This document shows positions 9,447 through 18,554 of a DNA stretch of 64,000 bases, in pieces. Below the pieces are notes generated by a model, which saw only the letters and a program-made list of their open reading frames with translations, ran no database searches and had not been told where the DNA came from. The DNA comes from Candidatus Eiseniibacteriota bacterium (GTDB lineage Bacteria > Eisenbacteria > RBG-16-71-46). The position numbers were made by a program, and so were the translations under genes. Position 1 is the stretch's first letter. Every line of letters begins with the position of its first letter. The DNA is taken from assembly GCA_963776245.1 (NCBI GenBank), contig CAVZLN010000006.1, positions 480,001 through 544,000 of the forward strand, read 5' to 3'.

Positions 9447-10424
9447 ATGCGATTCGCGTCTCCGCTCTACCTGCTGCTGCTGCTGCCGGTCGCGGCGCTG
9501 GTGTGGCTGGAACTGAGGAAGCGCTCCGGTTCGGTGCGTTTCTCCGACGCCTCGTTCTTTCGCACGCGGCCCGGGCCGAGCCGCTACATCAAGCCCGCAT
9601 TGCTGGCGGTCCAGGCCCTCGCCCTCGGGCTGGCCGTGCTGGCGCTGGCCCGGCCGCAGCGCGGCCGCGTCTACGAGGAGGTGGAGTCCCGGGGTGTGGA
9701 CATCATGCTGTGCATGGACGTCTCGGAGTCCATGTCCTCGCCCGACTTCAAGCCCGACCGGATCACCGCGTCCAAGGAGCGCGCGGTGGAGTTCATCGCC
9801 AAACGCTCGGGAGACCGGATCGGGCTCGTGGTGTTCGCCAACGGCGCCATGACGCAGTGTCCGCTCACCCTCGACCGGGCCGTGCTCCGGTCGATCATCG
9901 AACGCCTGCAGATCGGCACGCTGGACGGGACGCGCACCGCCATCGGCATGGGCCTCGCCAACGCCGTCGCGCGGCTCAAGGACTCGCAGGCCAAGGACAA
10001 GGTCGTCATCCTGCTGACCGACGGGGTCAATAACACGGGCGAGATCGATCCCCAGACCGCGGCCCGGCTGGCGCAGACCTATCGCATCAAGGTGTACTGC
10101 ATCGGCGTGGGCTCGCAGACCCCGGTGACGGTGATGGTGAACGACCCGATGTGGGGGCCCAGGCCCCAGACCATCGCGGCCGATTTCGACCCCGGGACCC
10201 TCGAGGAGATCTCGGCCCTCACCGGAGGCAAGTCGTACGCGGCCTCGGACGACGAGGCGCTCAGGCGGATCTACGAGGAGATCAATCGGATGGAGCCCAC
10301 GCGGTTCAAGACCGCGCGCCACACCGTGTACTCCGAGAAGGCCGGCCTGTTCCTGCTGCCGGCGGTCGCGCTGTTCCTGCTCGGGATGATCGTCCCGGCC
10401 GCGCTGCTGCGGAGGCTGCCATGA
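9447..10424 (+). CDS. batA: BatA-like vWA domain protein
   Basis: MRFASPLYLLLL, LALARPQ, MIDAS DVSESM, TAIGMGL, LLTDGVNNTG. Confidence 0.88.
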   Translation: MRFASPLYLLLLLPVAALVWLELRKRSGSVRFSDASFFRTRPGPSRYIKPALLAVQALALGLAVLALARPQRGRVYEEVESRGVDIMLCMDVSESMSSPDFKPDRITASKERAVEFIAKRSGDRIGLVVFANGAMTQCPLTLDRAVLRSIIERLQIGTLDGTRTAIGMGLANAVARLKDSQAKDKVVILLTDGVNNTGEIDPQTAARLAQTYRIKVYCIGVGSQTPVTVMVNDPMWGPRPQTIAADFDPGTLEEISALTGGKSYAASDDEALRRIYEEINRMEPTRFKTARHTVYSEKAGLFLLPAVALFLLGMIVPAALLRRLP

Positions 10425-12133
10425 TCCGGTGGGCGGCGCCCCAGGTCCTCTATCTGCTGCTCGCGGTGCCGGTCGTGGCCGCGCTGATGCTCGGGGCCGA
10501 ATGGCTCAAGCGCCGCAGCCTCGGGCGGCTGGCCGACGCCGCGCTGGTCCCGCGACTGACCGACAGCCGCAGCCCGCGGTGGGCCGCGGCGAAGGCCGTG
10601 TGCCTGCTGGTGGGGCTGATGTTCATGATCGTCGCGGCGGCGCGGCCGCAGTGGGGCGAGAAGCTCCAGATCTACCGCGGTCGCGGTATCGATATCGTCA
10701 TCGCCCTCGATGCCTCGAAGAGCATGCTGGCGACGGACGTCACGCCCAACCGGCTGACCCGGGCCAAGACCCAGCTCGCCTCGCTGCTCGGCAACCTCAG
10801 CACCAATCGCGTGGGCATCGTGGCGTTCGCCGGCGGGGCGCAGGTGATGTGCCCGCTCACGCCCGATGTCGAGGCGGCCAAGCTGTTCCTCGACATCATC
10901 GACCCCGACAACATGCCGCGGCCCGGCACCAACATCCAGCACGCCGTGGAGGCCGCGGCCTCGCTGTTCGATCCCACGGAAGGGACCTCGAAGGCGCTCG
11001 TGCTCGTCACCGACGGCGACAATCTCGACGGCGACCCGGGGGCCGCCACGCGGCTCGCGGTCGAGAACGGCATCCGCCTGTTCGCGGTGGGCGTGGGCAC
11101 CGCGGAGGGCTCCACGATCCCCGAGCCGGGCGGTACTGGCACGACCTACAAGAAGGACGAGAACGACAAGATCGTGGTCTCGCGCCTGGCCGAGCGGCTG
11201 CTGCTGGTGATGGCCAAGGCGACCGATGGCCGCTACTTCCGGTCCGAGAGCATCAATCTCGACCAGTTGGTCGGGGCGCTGGACCAACTCCAGAAGAAGG
11301 CGATCGGCGGCGGCGAGTACGTCGAGTACGAGGAGCGCTATCAGGGCTTCCTGCTGGCGGCCTTCATCCTCATCTTCTTCGGCACGCTCATCAGCGACCG
11401 CAAGGGCGCGTGGTTCCCGGACCTGGCCCCGCCGCGGTGGACCCGCGGGCCGGCCTCGACGCCGCCCCCGCCAGCCCGGGGCGCGGCGGGCGGCGCGGCG
11501 CTCCTCCTGACCGCGCTCCTCGGCGTCTCCCTGCCGGCTCGCGCGGATGTCGGCTCGATCATGCGGCAGGGCGCCGCCCTCGAACGCCAGGGCAAGTACG
11601 ATCAGGCGCTCAAGGCCTACCAGGACGCGCTCGTGCTCGAGCCGGACGATGTCCGGATCCATTACGATATGGGGCGCGCGCTCCACCAGTTGAACCGGCA
11701 GCCCGAGGCCATCGAGCACTTCCAGCTGGGACTGCTCTCGAAGAAGAGGCTGCTCCGCGCCAACAGCCTTTACAACCTCGGGAACTGTCAGTTCAAACAA
11801 CAGCAGCTGGACGAGGCGATCGCGTCGTACACGCGGGCGTTGCTCGTGCGGCCGGACGACCTCCAGGCCAAGCAGAATCTGGAATACTGCTGGAAGCTGA
11901 AGGCCGAGCGGCAGCAGAAGCCCGACTCGACCCAGAAGAAGCAGCCGCCGCAATCGCAGCAGCAGAAGCAGCAGGGGCAGCAACAGGCGCAGCCCGCGCA
12001 GCCGCAGAAGGGCGAGATCAGCCGGGAGCAGGCCGACCGCATGCTCCAGGCCCTGCAGAGCAAGCAGAGGGACGACATGAGGAAGCAGCCCAAGAAGCCG
12101 TCGGAGCAGCCCGCCGGGGGGAAGGACTGGTAG
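10421..12133 (+). CDS. batB: BatB-like vWA domain fused to BatC-like TPR domain
   Basis: ARPQWG, DASKSM, VTDGD, TM segments, TPRs (YNLGN), Q-rich linker, ending KDW. Confidence 0.85.
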   Translation: MIRWAAPQVLYLLLAVPVVAALMLGAEWLKRRSLGRLADAALVPRLTDSRSPRWAAAKAVCLLVGLMFMIVAAARPQWGEKLQIYRGRGIDIVIALDASKSMLATDVTPNRLTRAKTQLASLLGNLSTNRVGIVAFAGGAQVMCPLTPDVEAAKLFLDIIDPDNMPRPGTNIQHAVEAAASLFDPTEGTSKALVLVTDGDNLDGDPGAATRLAVENGIRLFAVGVGTAEGSTIPEPGGTGTTYKKDENDKIVVSRLAERLLLVMAKATDGRYFRSESINLDQLVGALDQLQKKAIGGGEYVEYEERYQGFLLAAFILIFFGTLISDRKGAWFPDLAPPRWTRGPASTPPPPARGAAGGAALLLTALLGVSLPARADVGSIMRQGAALERQGKYDQALKAYQDALVLEPDDVRIHYDMGRALHQLNRQPEAIEHFQLGLLSKKRLLRANSLYNLGNCQFKQQQLDEAIASYTRALLVRPDDLQAKQNLEYCWKLKAERQQKPDSTQKKQPPQSQQQKQQGQQQAQPAQPQKGEISREQADRMLQALQSKQRDDMRKQPKKPSEQPAGGKDW

Positions 12134-12203
12134 CCGCGATGCCCTTCTGCACGACCGCGCGCGCTCCTCGACCGGCTCCGGCCGCACCGCCCGGGACCGG
12201 GCG

Positions 12204-13982
12204 ATGATCCGGCTGCGGCATCTCGTGATGCTGGTCGCGCTGGCGCTCCCGCTCGCGGCAGAGGCGGCCCCCGGGCTGGAGTTCTCGGCCTCGGTGGACC
12301 AGACCAGCGTCGGCCTCGGCGAGCAGTTCCAGCTCACGCTCACGGTGCGCGGCGAGAACATGCTGTCGGTTCCGACACCCGCGCTGCCGCCTCTGGCGGA
12401 CTTCAGCCTGCTCGGCAGCTCCTCGTCGCAGTCCACGAACATCTCGATCGTCAACGGCCAGATGAAGCGCGAGGCCGCGATCGAATTCGTCTACGGCCTC
12501 GCGGCGAAGCGGCTCGGGAAGCTCACGATCCCGCCCTGCAAGCTGACCTACCAGGGCAGGGAGTACCAGAGCCAGCCGATCGAGATCACCGTGGTCCAGG
12601 GAGCACAGGGACAGGCGGCGCCGATGCCGCCACCGTCCGCGGGGCCCTCCCGAGGGCAGGTGCCGATCGAAGGCAACCTGATGCTGTCGGCCGTCCCCAG
12701 CCGCAGGACGGTGTACGTCGGCGAGCCGGTGACGCTCGAGATCTCGGTGTGCACGCGATTGCGGATCAGCGGCGGCGGCTGGGCGGTGCTGCCGTCGTTC
12801 GAGGGGTTCTGGGCCGAGAAGGTCTTCGACGCCGACAAGTTCGACTTCCAGCGCCGGACGATCGACGGCCGCGCGTACGACGTGTCCGTGCTCAAGAAGG
12901 TGACCCTGTTCCCGCTGTCACCGGGCGAGGCCACGGTCAAGCCCATGGCGTTCAACGTCGAGGTCCTGCAGTCGGCGCGCGACCTGTTCGGGTTCTTCGG
13001 CGGCGGCCAGAACGTGCGGATCGAGTCCAAGCCGGTCACGCTCCACGTCCTCGCCCTGCCGGAGTCGGGAAAGCCGAAGGAGTTCACCGGCGGCGTGGGG
13101 CGCTTCAAGATGTCGGCGTCGCTCGACCGCGCGACCAGCACGAATGGCGAGCCCATCAATCTGATCGTACGGATCGCCGGCCTCGGCAATGTCCGGTTGA
13201 TCGAGAAGCCCGCGATCGGGCCGGTCACGGGCCTGAGGATCCTCGACCCCGAGATCCACGACGACGATCGCGTCTCCGGCGAGGACGTGCAGGGCACCAA
13301 GATCCTCCGCTATCCCATCATCCCCCAGACCGACGGCAGTTATTCGATCCCGCCGATCCGGATGGCCTATTTCGATCCGCAGACGAAGTCGTATCAGACG
13401 CTCGAGGCCGGGCCGTTCACGTTCTCGGCCAGCGGCTCCGCGCCGAACGCTCCGCTGGTCGAGGCCACCGGGCTCAAGGTGCTCGGCACCGACATCCACT
13501 ACATCAAGCCCGACGCCACGGCACTCGCCGTCCTGTCGCTCGACCCTCCGTGGTGGCCCAACCTGCTCGCCCTGCTCTCGCTGGGCGCGGTCGCGGGCGC
13601 CATCGGGCACCGCGGGCACCGCGAGCGGCTGCTCTCGGATCGCGGATACGCGCGGAGGTCCCGCTCCACGGCGCTGGTGAAGCGCCGGCTCAAGCGGGCC
13701 GAGGGGCTGCTGCGGAAGCGCGACGACCGGGGCTTCCACGCAGCGCTCGCGCAGGCCGTCATGGGGTTCGTCGGCGACCGCTTCAACATCGACACGCACG
13801 CCATGACCAAGGACCAGCTGCGCGCGGAACTGGAGCGGGCCCAGGTCAGGCCCGAGGCGACCGCCGCGGTCATGGAGGTCCTCGAGCAGTGCGAGGTCGC
13901 CCGCTTCTCCCCCGGCATGCGAGCGGAACGGGACCCGCTGCCGCTGTTCCAGAAGGCGCGCGACGCGCTGGGGCAGATCTAG
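12204..13982 (+). CDS. batD: BatD family protein
   Basis: Signal peptide, SSSQSTNISIVNG, FTGGVGRF, C-terminal TM; operon position. Confidence 0.88.
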   Translation: MIRLRHLVMLVALALPLAAEAAPGLEFSASVDQTSVGLGEQFQLTLTVRGENMLSVPTPALPPLADFSLLGSSSSQSTNISIVNGQMKREAAIEFVYGLAAKRLGKLTIPPCKLTYQGREYQSQPIEITVVQGAQGQAAPMPPPSAGPSRGQVPIEGNLMLSAVPSRRTVYVGEPVTLEISVCTRLRISGGGWAVLPSFEGFWAEKVFDADKFDFQRRTIDGRAYDVSVLKKVTLFPLSPGEATVKPMAFNVEVLQSARDLFGFFGGGQNVRIESKPVTLHVLALPESGKPKEFTGGVGRFKMSASLDRATSTNGEPINLIVRIAGLGNVRLIEKPAIGPVTGLRILDPEIHDDDRVSGEDVQGTKILRYPIIPQTDGSYSIPPIRMAYFDPQTKSYQTLEAGPFTFSASGSAPNAPLVEATGLKVLGTDIHYIKPDATALAVLSLDPPWWPNLLALLSLGAVAGAIGHRGHRERLLSDRGYARRSRSTALVKRRLKRAEGLLRKRDDRGFHAALAQAVMGFVGDRFNIDTHAMTKDQLRAELERAQVRPEATAAVMEVLEQCEVARFSPGMRAERDPLPLFQKARDALGQI

Positions 13983-14006
13983 GATGCCGAGACCCGCAAC
14001 CCACGG

Positions 14007-14732
14007 ATGCCCGCCATGCTGCCGAACCTGACGCTGCTCGTCGTCCTCGCGCTCGCCCCGATCGACGCGTACAACCGGGGCAATCAGCTCTACGCGCAGA
14101 AGGACTACGCCGGCGCGGCGCTCGCCTATGAGCAGGCGCTCAAGGCCGGACCCAGCGCTGACGCGCACTACAACCTGGGGAACGCCCTGTTCAAGTCGGG
14201 CAAGATCGGCGCGGCCATCCTGCACTACCGCCGGGCGCACTTCCTCGATCCGCGGGACGCCGACATCCGCGCCAATCTGGCGTTCGCCCGCAGCTACCGC
14301 GTGGACAAGGTGCTCACCGTCGCGAGCCCGCCGGCCCGGGCGCTGGACGACGCGTTCCACTGGCTCTCCCGGCGGGAAGCGACGCTGCTGGCCGGAGTGT
14401 TGTTCACCCTCGCCGCGCTCTCGCTGGCGGCCTGGATCACGTGGCGATGGACGGCATGCCTCGTGGCGGTGCCCTTGCTCTCGTCGCTGGCGTTGTTCGG
14501 CTTCATCACCCAGCAGGTGTGGACCAGCGAGGTGAAGGCCCGGCCGGCGGTCGTGGTCGCGCCGGAGGTCAACGTCCTGAGCGGCCCGAGCGAGGAGTCC
14601 AAGCAGATCCTGCTGCTCCACGACGGCACCGAGGTCGGGATCCGTGAGGTGAGGGGAGCCTACCTGCTGGTGCAGGTCCCGGGCGGGAGCGGAGGCTGGA
14701 TCCCCGAGCATTCGATCGCCCGCATCTTCTGA
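14007..14732 (+). CDS. batE: BatE-like TPR plus SH3-like protein
   Basis: HYNLGNALFKSG, DIRANL, two TM helices, LHDGTEV..GWI. Confidence 0.85.
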   Translation: MPAMLPNLTLLVVLALAPIDAYNRGNQLYAQKDYAGAALAYEQALKAGPSADAHYNLGNALFKSGKIGAAILHYRRAHFLDPRDADIRANLAFARSYRVDKVLTVASPPARALDDAFHWLSRREATLLAGVLFTLAALSLAAWITWRWTACLVAVPLLSSLALFGFITQQVWTSEVKARPAVVVAPEVNVLSGPSEESKQILLLHDGTEVGIREVRGAYLLVQVPGGSGGWIPEHSIARIF

Positions 14733-14783
14733 GCGCATCGCCGCGCCGAGGACGATCGGCGGCGAATGGCGGAAGGAGGGCAG

Positions 14784-15191
14784 ATGAAGCGCGGCACCCA
14801 CGTCCGCCTGTTCCTCGCGGGCACCCTTGCGTGGTTCGTGTTCTGGTTGGCAGGCCTGCCGTCCTACTTCCAGCAGTACTCCCAGACATTCATGATCGGG
14901 TTCACCGCGCTCGTCTTCATCCCGCTGTCCGCCGCGTTCCTGTGGGTGCTCAGCCGAGCGCCGCGGAAACGGCGGATGGCGTTGTCGCTGTGGATGGCGT
15001 TCTACTTCACGGTGCCGCTGGCGGTCTACGACTGGCTGTACTGCGGAGTGTTCCTCGGGTACGGCCTCGGTTTCGTGTGGCGCTACTGGTACCTGAGCGT
15101 GTACTACGTCATCCCCTGGCCGGTCCTGCCCGGTCTGGCGGCCGTTCTGAATCGCCGCGGTGCGCTGGAGGGCGGGGCGAGCGGGGCGTGA
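14784..15191 (+). CDS. Hypothetical aromatic-rich membrane protein
   Basis: About four TM segments; GGAAGGAGG RBS before ATG 14784. Confidence 0.75.
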   Translation: MKRGTHVRLFLAGTLAWFVFWLAGLPSYFQQYSQTFMIGFTALVFIPLSAAFLWVLSRAPRKRRMALSLWMAFYFTVPLAVYDWLYCGVFLGYGLGFVWRYWYLSVYYVIPWPVLPGLAAVLNRRGALEGGASGA

Positions 15192-15259
15192 GCCGGGCCC
15201 GCGCCCCGACGGGGGCGGCCCGGAACCGGCAGCGCAAGGCAGACGAAAGGAGCACGGGC

Positions 15260-15793
15260 ATGTTCACGCTTCGTCCTCTCCTCCCCAGGGCCGCGGTCGC
15301 GTGCGCGGCGTTCGTGTTGCTGCCACTTCCCCGGCTGCCCGAGGTCTCCCAGACCTACTCAGGACCGCCACTGCTGCGTGGGCTGCGCGGCGTGGCCGTG
15401 CTGGCGGAACAGGTGCATTCCGAGATCCGTCCCTTCGGGCTCGACGAGGCGTGGCTGGAAAGACGGGTGAGCGCCGCGCTCCAGCGCGACAGCGTGCCCA
15501 CGCTCACGCGCTGGGAGGCGCTCCGTGACGAGCGGCAGCCATTGCTCGTGGTGCGTCTCGAGACCGTCCCGGTGCCGGCCGCGGGAGCCTTCGCCTGGCA
15601 TCTCTCGCTGTCCATGCAACAGCGCGTGCGCCCGGTGGCGGGCGACACGACCACCACGCTCGCCACCACCTGGGAGGCCGAAAGCACTCTGGGAGCGACC
15701 AGCGGCAAGCTGCTGCGCGCTTCGGTCGGGAGGTCGCTCGACGACCGGACGCGCCAGTTCGTCGACGTGTGGCGCCAGCGGCAAGACGAATAG
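15260..15793 (+). CDS. Hypothetical exported protein
   Basis: AAAGGAG RBS before ATG 15260; hydrophobic N-terminus MFTLRPLLPRAAVACAAFVLL. Confidence 0.65.
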   Translation: MFTLRPLLPRAAVACAAFVLLPLPRLPEVSQTYSGPPLLRGLRGVAVLAEQVHSEIRPFGLDEAWLERRVSAALQRDSVPTLTRWEALRDERQPLLVVRLETVPVPAAGAFAWHLSLSMQQRVRPVAGDTTTTLATTWEAESTLGATSGKLLRASVGRSLDDRTRQFVDVWRQRQDE

Positions 15794-15835
15794 CCGTCAC
15801 CGGGCGAGGCCTCAGCGGCGGCCGCCGGTGCGGCG

Positions 15836-15898
15836 CTACTCCGCGCGGAAGGTCACTTTCTCTGCCACCACCGTCATGACGCACCGCGCCTGCAGCAC
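15836..15898 (-). pseudogene. Possible orphan C-terminal remnant of an amidohydrolase-3 (YtcJ-like) gene
   Basis: Translates VLQARCVMTVVAEKVTFRAE*, resembling the terminal VLMTIVGGxVVY strand pattern. Confidence 0.3.
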
Positions 15899-15909
15899 CG
15901 CCCGGCCGG

Positions 15910-16137
15910 TCAGGCAGCTTCCACCTCGACGAACTCTCCCTCCGAACTCGGCCTTGGCACCGGAAGCCCCTCTTGCTTCAATCCGTCGATGTGCAGGGTG
16001 ATCGCCTCGCGAATGAGGCCCACCCCCGTCACCGTTCCCAGCTTGCTCGGATTCCGGAACTGCCGATGACTGCCCTACGTCCGGATCAGCCTCCGGCCAT
16101 CCGTCTCAAGAAGGCGGATCAGCTCGCCCACTTTCAC
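15910..16137 (-). pseudogene. hicA'-'hicB in-frame fusion relic with internal TAG
   Basis: Manual translation MKVGELIRLLETDGRRLIRT*GSHRQFRNPSKLGTVTGVG-LIREAITLHIDGLKQEGLPVPRPSSEGEFVEVEAA*; GGAG RBS upstream. Confidence 0.8.
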
Positions 16138-16232
16138 CCAATCTCCGGTTTCCCGGGGGGCCATGTGCTTGCCGTGAGCCGAACGACGCGCTGCGCGACG
16201 CTCGCCCGCACCAGTGCGGATCTCGAAGCCGC

Positions 16233-16577
16233 TCACCCAAAGAAGCACCCATGGGGATCGGCGTCAACCTCAGCCACGAGTTCCGCGAGATCACGGCTCG
16301 AGGGCAGTGGCTCATAACTCTGCCACTTGAGGTTCGCGCGCTGCCACAGCAGCCGCCACTCGCCCGCCGTGCGAACGAAGCGCAGCTTAGCCACTCCACC
16401 CTCGATCCAGCGAGTGGGCTCCCGGAATGCCGGCCGCGCCTCGTAGATCAGGACGTCGTGGCCCGCCACCCGGTACTCGGTCCGCAGGCGCTCGCGATGT
16501 TCCGCCGGTGAGCGGCGACGGCACAGGGCCCCGACGGCTCGATCGATCCGCTTCAGTTCAAGATCGGAGAAGGGCAC
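16233..16577 (-). CDS. DUF3024 domain protein
   Basis: VAKLRFVR..WRLLWQRANLKWQSYEP..EVDADPHGCFFG; GTG start 16577. Confidence 0.82.
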   Translation of the reverse strand: MPFSDLELKRIDRAVGALCRRRSPAEHRERLRTEYRVAGHDVLIYEARPAFREPTRWIEGGVAKLRFVRTAGEWRLLWQRANLKWQSYEPLPSSRDLAELVAEVDADPHGCFFG

Positions 16578-16624
16578 TCGCCTCGTGACTCCCGCGGTTC
16601 TGCAACGACCCCTTCCCAGCCATC

Positions 16625-17020
16625 CTAGTCCGGCGACCTCGGGAGATCGCCTGCGTCCGCCAGCGCCTGGCTCAGGCACAGCACGTAGCCATCAGGGTCC
16701 CGCACGTCGCACTCCGCGAGACCATAGGGCATCCGTTCGAGACGACGCGTGACGGCGCCCTGCTGGTCGAGTCTGGCGCACAGTTCGCGCAATCCATCCC
16801 CCAGCCGCAGGTAGACGTCCCACCCGCGCCAGTCCGCGGGCCGCCCCGCAGATCCGCGTCTCAGCATGATCTCGGCCGGCCCGTGCCTCAGGATCGCGAA
16901 CTCGTAGGGGGGCCGTTCCGGGAACGGGTCGGCCTCGAAACCGAGTACGTCGTGGTACCAGGCGGCCGACCGTGCGACATCGGCAACGCGCAGCAACGGC
17001 ACCGCCAGTTGCGCCTGCAT
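16625..17020 (-). CDS. VOC/glyoxalase-bleomycin resistance family protein
   Basis: VPLLRVADVARSAAWYHDVLGF, MPYGLAECDVRDPDGYVL. Confidence 0.9.
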   Translation of the reverse strand: MQAQLAVPLLRVADVARSAAWYHDVLGFEADPFPERPPYEFAILRHGPAEIMLRRGSAGRPADWRGWDVYLRLGDGLRELCARLDQQGAVTRRLERMPYGLAECDVRDPDGYVLCLSQALADAGDLPRSPD

Positions 17021-17087
17021 CTCGATCTCCCGGCGGCCGGAAGGTGGATGAAGCGGTGCGCGGGTGCCTCCCGCGCGACCGCGCCGG

Positions 17088-18554
17088 CTACATCAGGTCC
17101 AGGACCGAGCGCTGGGCCATCTCCAGCAGGCCGCTCGCCTGCAGGCCGATCCAGACCGTGACCGCGGCGGCGATCACGAGCGCGATGGAGCCCGGCAGCG
17201 CCCACGAGACGTGGGTGGCCTCGCCCTGCGGCTCCTGCATGTAGAGCGCCACCGTGACGCGCAGGTAGTAGTACACGCTCACCACGCTGTTCAGCACGCC
17301 GATGATCACCAGCGGGATCAGCCCCTGCTGCACGGCGGCGTTGAACACGTAGACCTTGCCCATGAACCCGGCGGTCGGCGGGATGCCGGCGAGCGAGATC
17401 ATGAACAACGAGAGCGCCAGCCCGAGCAGCGGCTGGCGGAAGCCGAGCCCCTGCACGTCCGACATCAGCACGCGCTCCTCGACCCCCTTGCCGAGCAGCG
17501 TCAGGATGCCGAACGCGCCCAGGTTCATGAACGCGTACACCGCGAGGTAGAACAGCGCAGCCGAGCCGCCGTCCTGCCCGCCCGCGATCACCGCCACCAG
17601 GATGTACCCGGCATGCGCGATGCTCGAGTACGCCAGCATGCGCTTGAGATTCGTCTGCAGCAGCGCGGAGACATTGCCCACCGTCATGGTGAGCGCCGCG
17701 ATCCACGACAGCGCCGGGGCCCACTGGGCGTGCACGTCGCCCAGGACGATCAACGAGACGCGCAGCAGCGCGGCGAAGCCGGCGGCCTTGGCGCCCACCG
17801 ACATGAAGGCGGTCACCGAGGTGGGCGCTCCCTCATAGGCGTCAGGCGTCCACATGTGGAAGGGCACCGCGGCGACCTTGAACGCGAATCCGGTCAGCAG
17901 CAGCAGGGTGCCGATCAGGAACAGCGGGTTGCCGATCATGGCCGAGCCGGTGAGGAATCGCGCCATGGCCGGGAGGTTCGTGGTGCCGGTGGCGCCGTAG
18001 AGCAGGGCGATGCCGTAGAGCAGGAAGCCGCTGGCGAAGGCGCCGAGCAGGAAGTACTTCATCGCCGCCTCGTTCGACTCGAGCCGGCTGCGGCGGAAGC
18101 CCACCAGCACGTAGAGCGCGATCGACATGAGCTCGAGGCCGAGGAACACCGTGATCAGGTCGTTGGACGCGGCCATCACGATCATGCCCATGGTCGCGCA
18201 CAGCAGCAGCGCGTAGTACTCCGCCTGGTTGATGCGCGTGCGCCGCACGTAGTCCCACGACAGCAGCACCGCCAGCGCGCCGATGGCGCACAGCAGCAGG
18301 GTGAAGAACACCGTGAAGCCGTCGTGCACGAACATGCCCTCGAACAGCACGCGCCGCACGTCGCGCACGTGGTACACCGACCATCCGCCGGCGGCCAGCG
18401 TGAGCAGCGCCACCACCGCGCCGCGCGCGCTGCCCTCGCGGGCGGGGAGGAACTCGAGCATCAGCAGCACCAGGGTGCCCACGGTGAGCGCGAGGATCGC
18501 CCCCAGCGCCCACCAGTCCACCGGCAGGAACGCCGGCACCACGAGCGGGGTCAT
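17088..18554 (-). CDS. nuoN: NADH-quinone oxidoreductase subunit N
   Basis: GLELMS, EAAMKYF, FKVAAVPFHMWTPDAYEGAP, KRMLAYSSIAHAGY, SLAGIPP. Confidence 0.96.
   Translation of the reverse strand: MTPLVVPAFLPVDWWALGAILALTVGTLVLLMLEFLPAREGSARGAVVALLTLAAGGWSVYHVRDVRRVLFEGMFVHDGFTVFFTLLLCAIGALAVLLSWDYVRRTRINQAEYYALLLCATMGMIVMAASNDLITVFLGLELMSIALYVLVGFRRSRLESNEAAMKYFLLGAFASGFLLYGIALLYGATGTTNLPAMARFLTGSAMIGNPLFLIGTLLLLTGFAFKVAAVPFHMWTPDAYEGAPTSVTAFMSVGAKAAGFAALLRVSLIVLGDVHAQWAPALSWIAALTMTVGNVSALLQTNLKRMLAYSSIAHAGYILVAVIAGGQDGGSAALFYLAVYAFMNLGAFGILTLLGKGVEERVLMSDVQGLGFRQPLLGLALSLFMISLAGIPPTAGFMGKVYVFNAAVQQGLIPLVIIGVLNSVVSVYYYLRVTVALYMQEPQGEATHVSWALPGSIALVIAAAVTVWIGLQASGLLEMAQRSVLDLM

Noticed and set aside
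6511..14732. MoxR-Bat operon and BatB-BatC fusion as a new system
   Set aside because: Established MoxR/DUF58/vWA/TPR/BatD arrangement; vWA-TPR fusions are common.
16075..16077. In-frame TAG as pyrrolysine or stop-codon recoding
   Set aside because: TAG ends many intact genes here (nuoN, nuoG, batD, DUF58) and the ORF also carries a deletion, so pseudogenisation is simpler.
14733..16232. Integron attC sites
   Set aside because: Only half-site-like GTTCGGC or GATCGGC words; no matching RYYYAAC partner and no intI.
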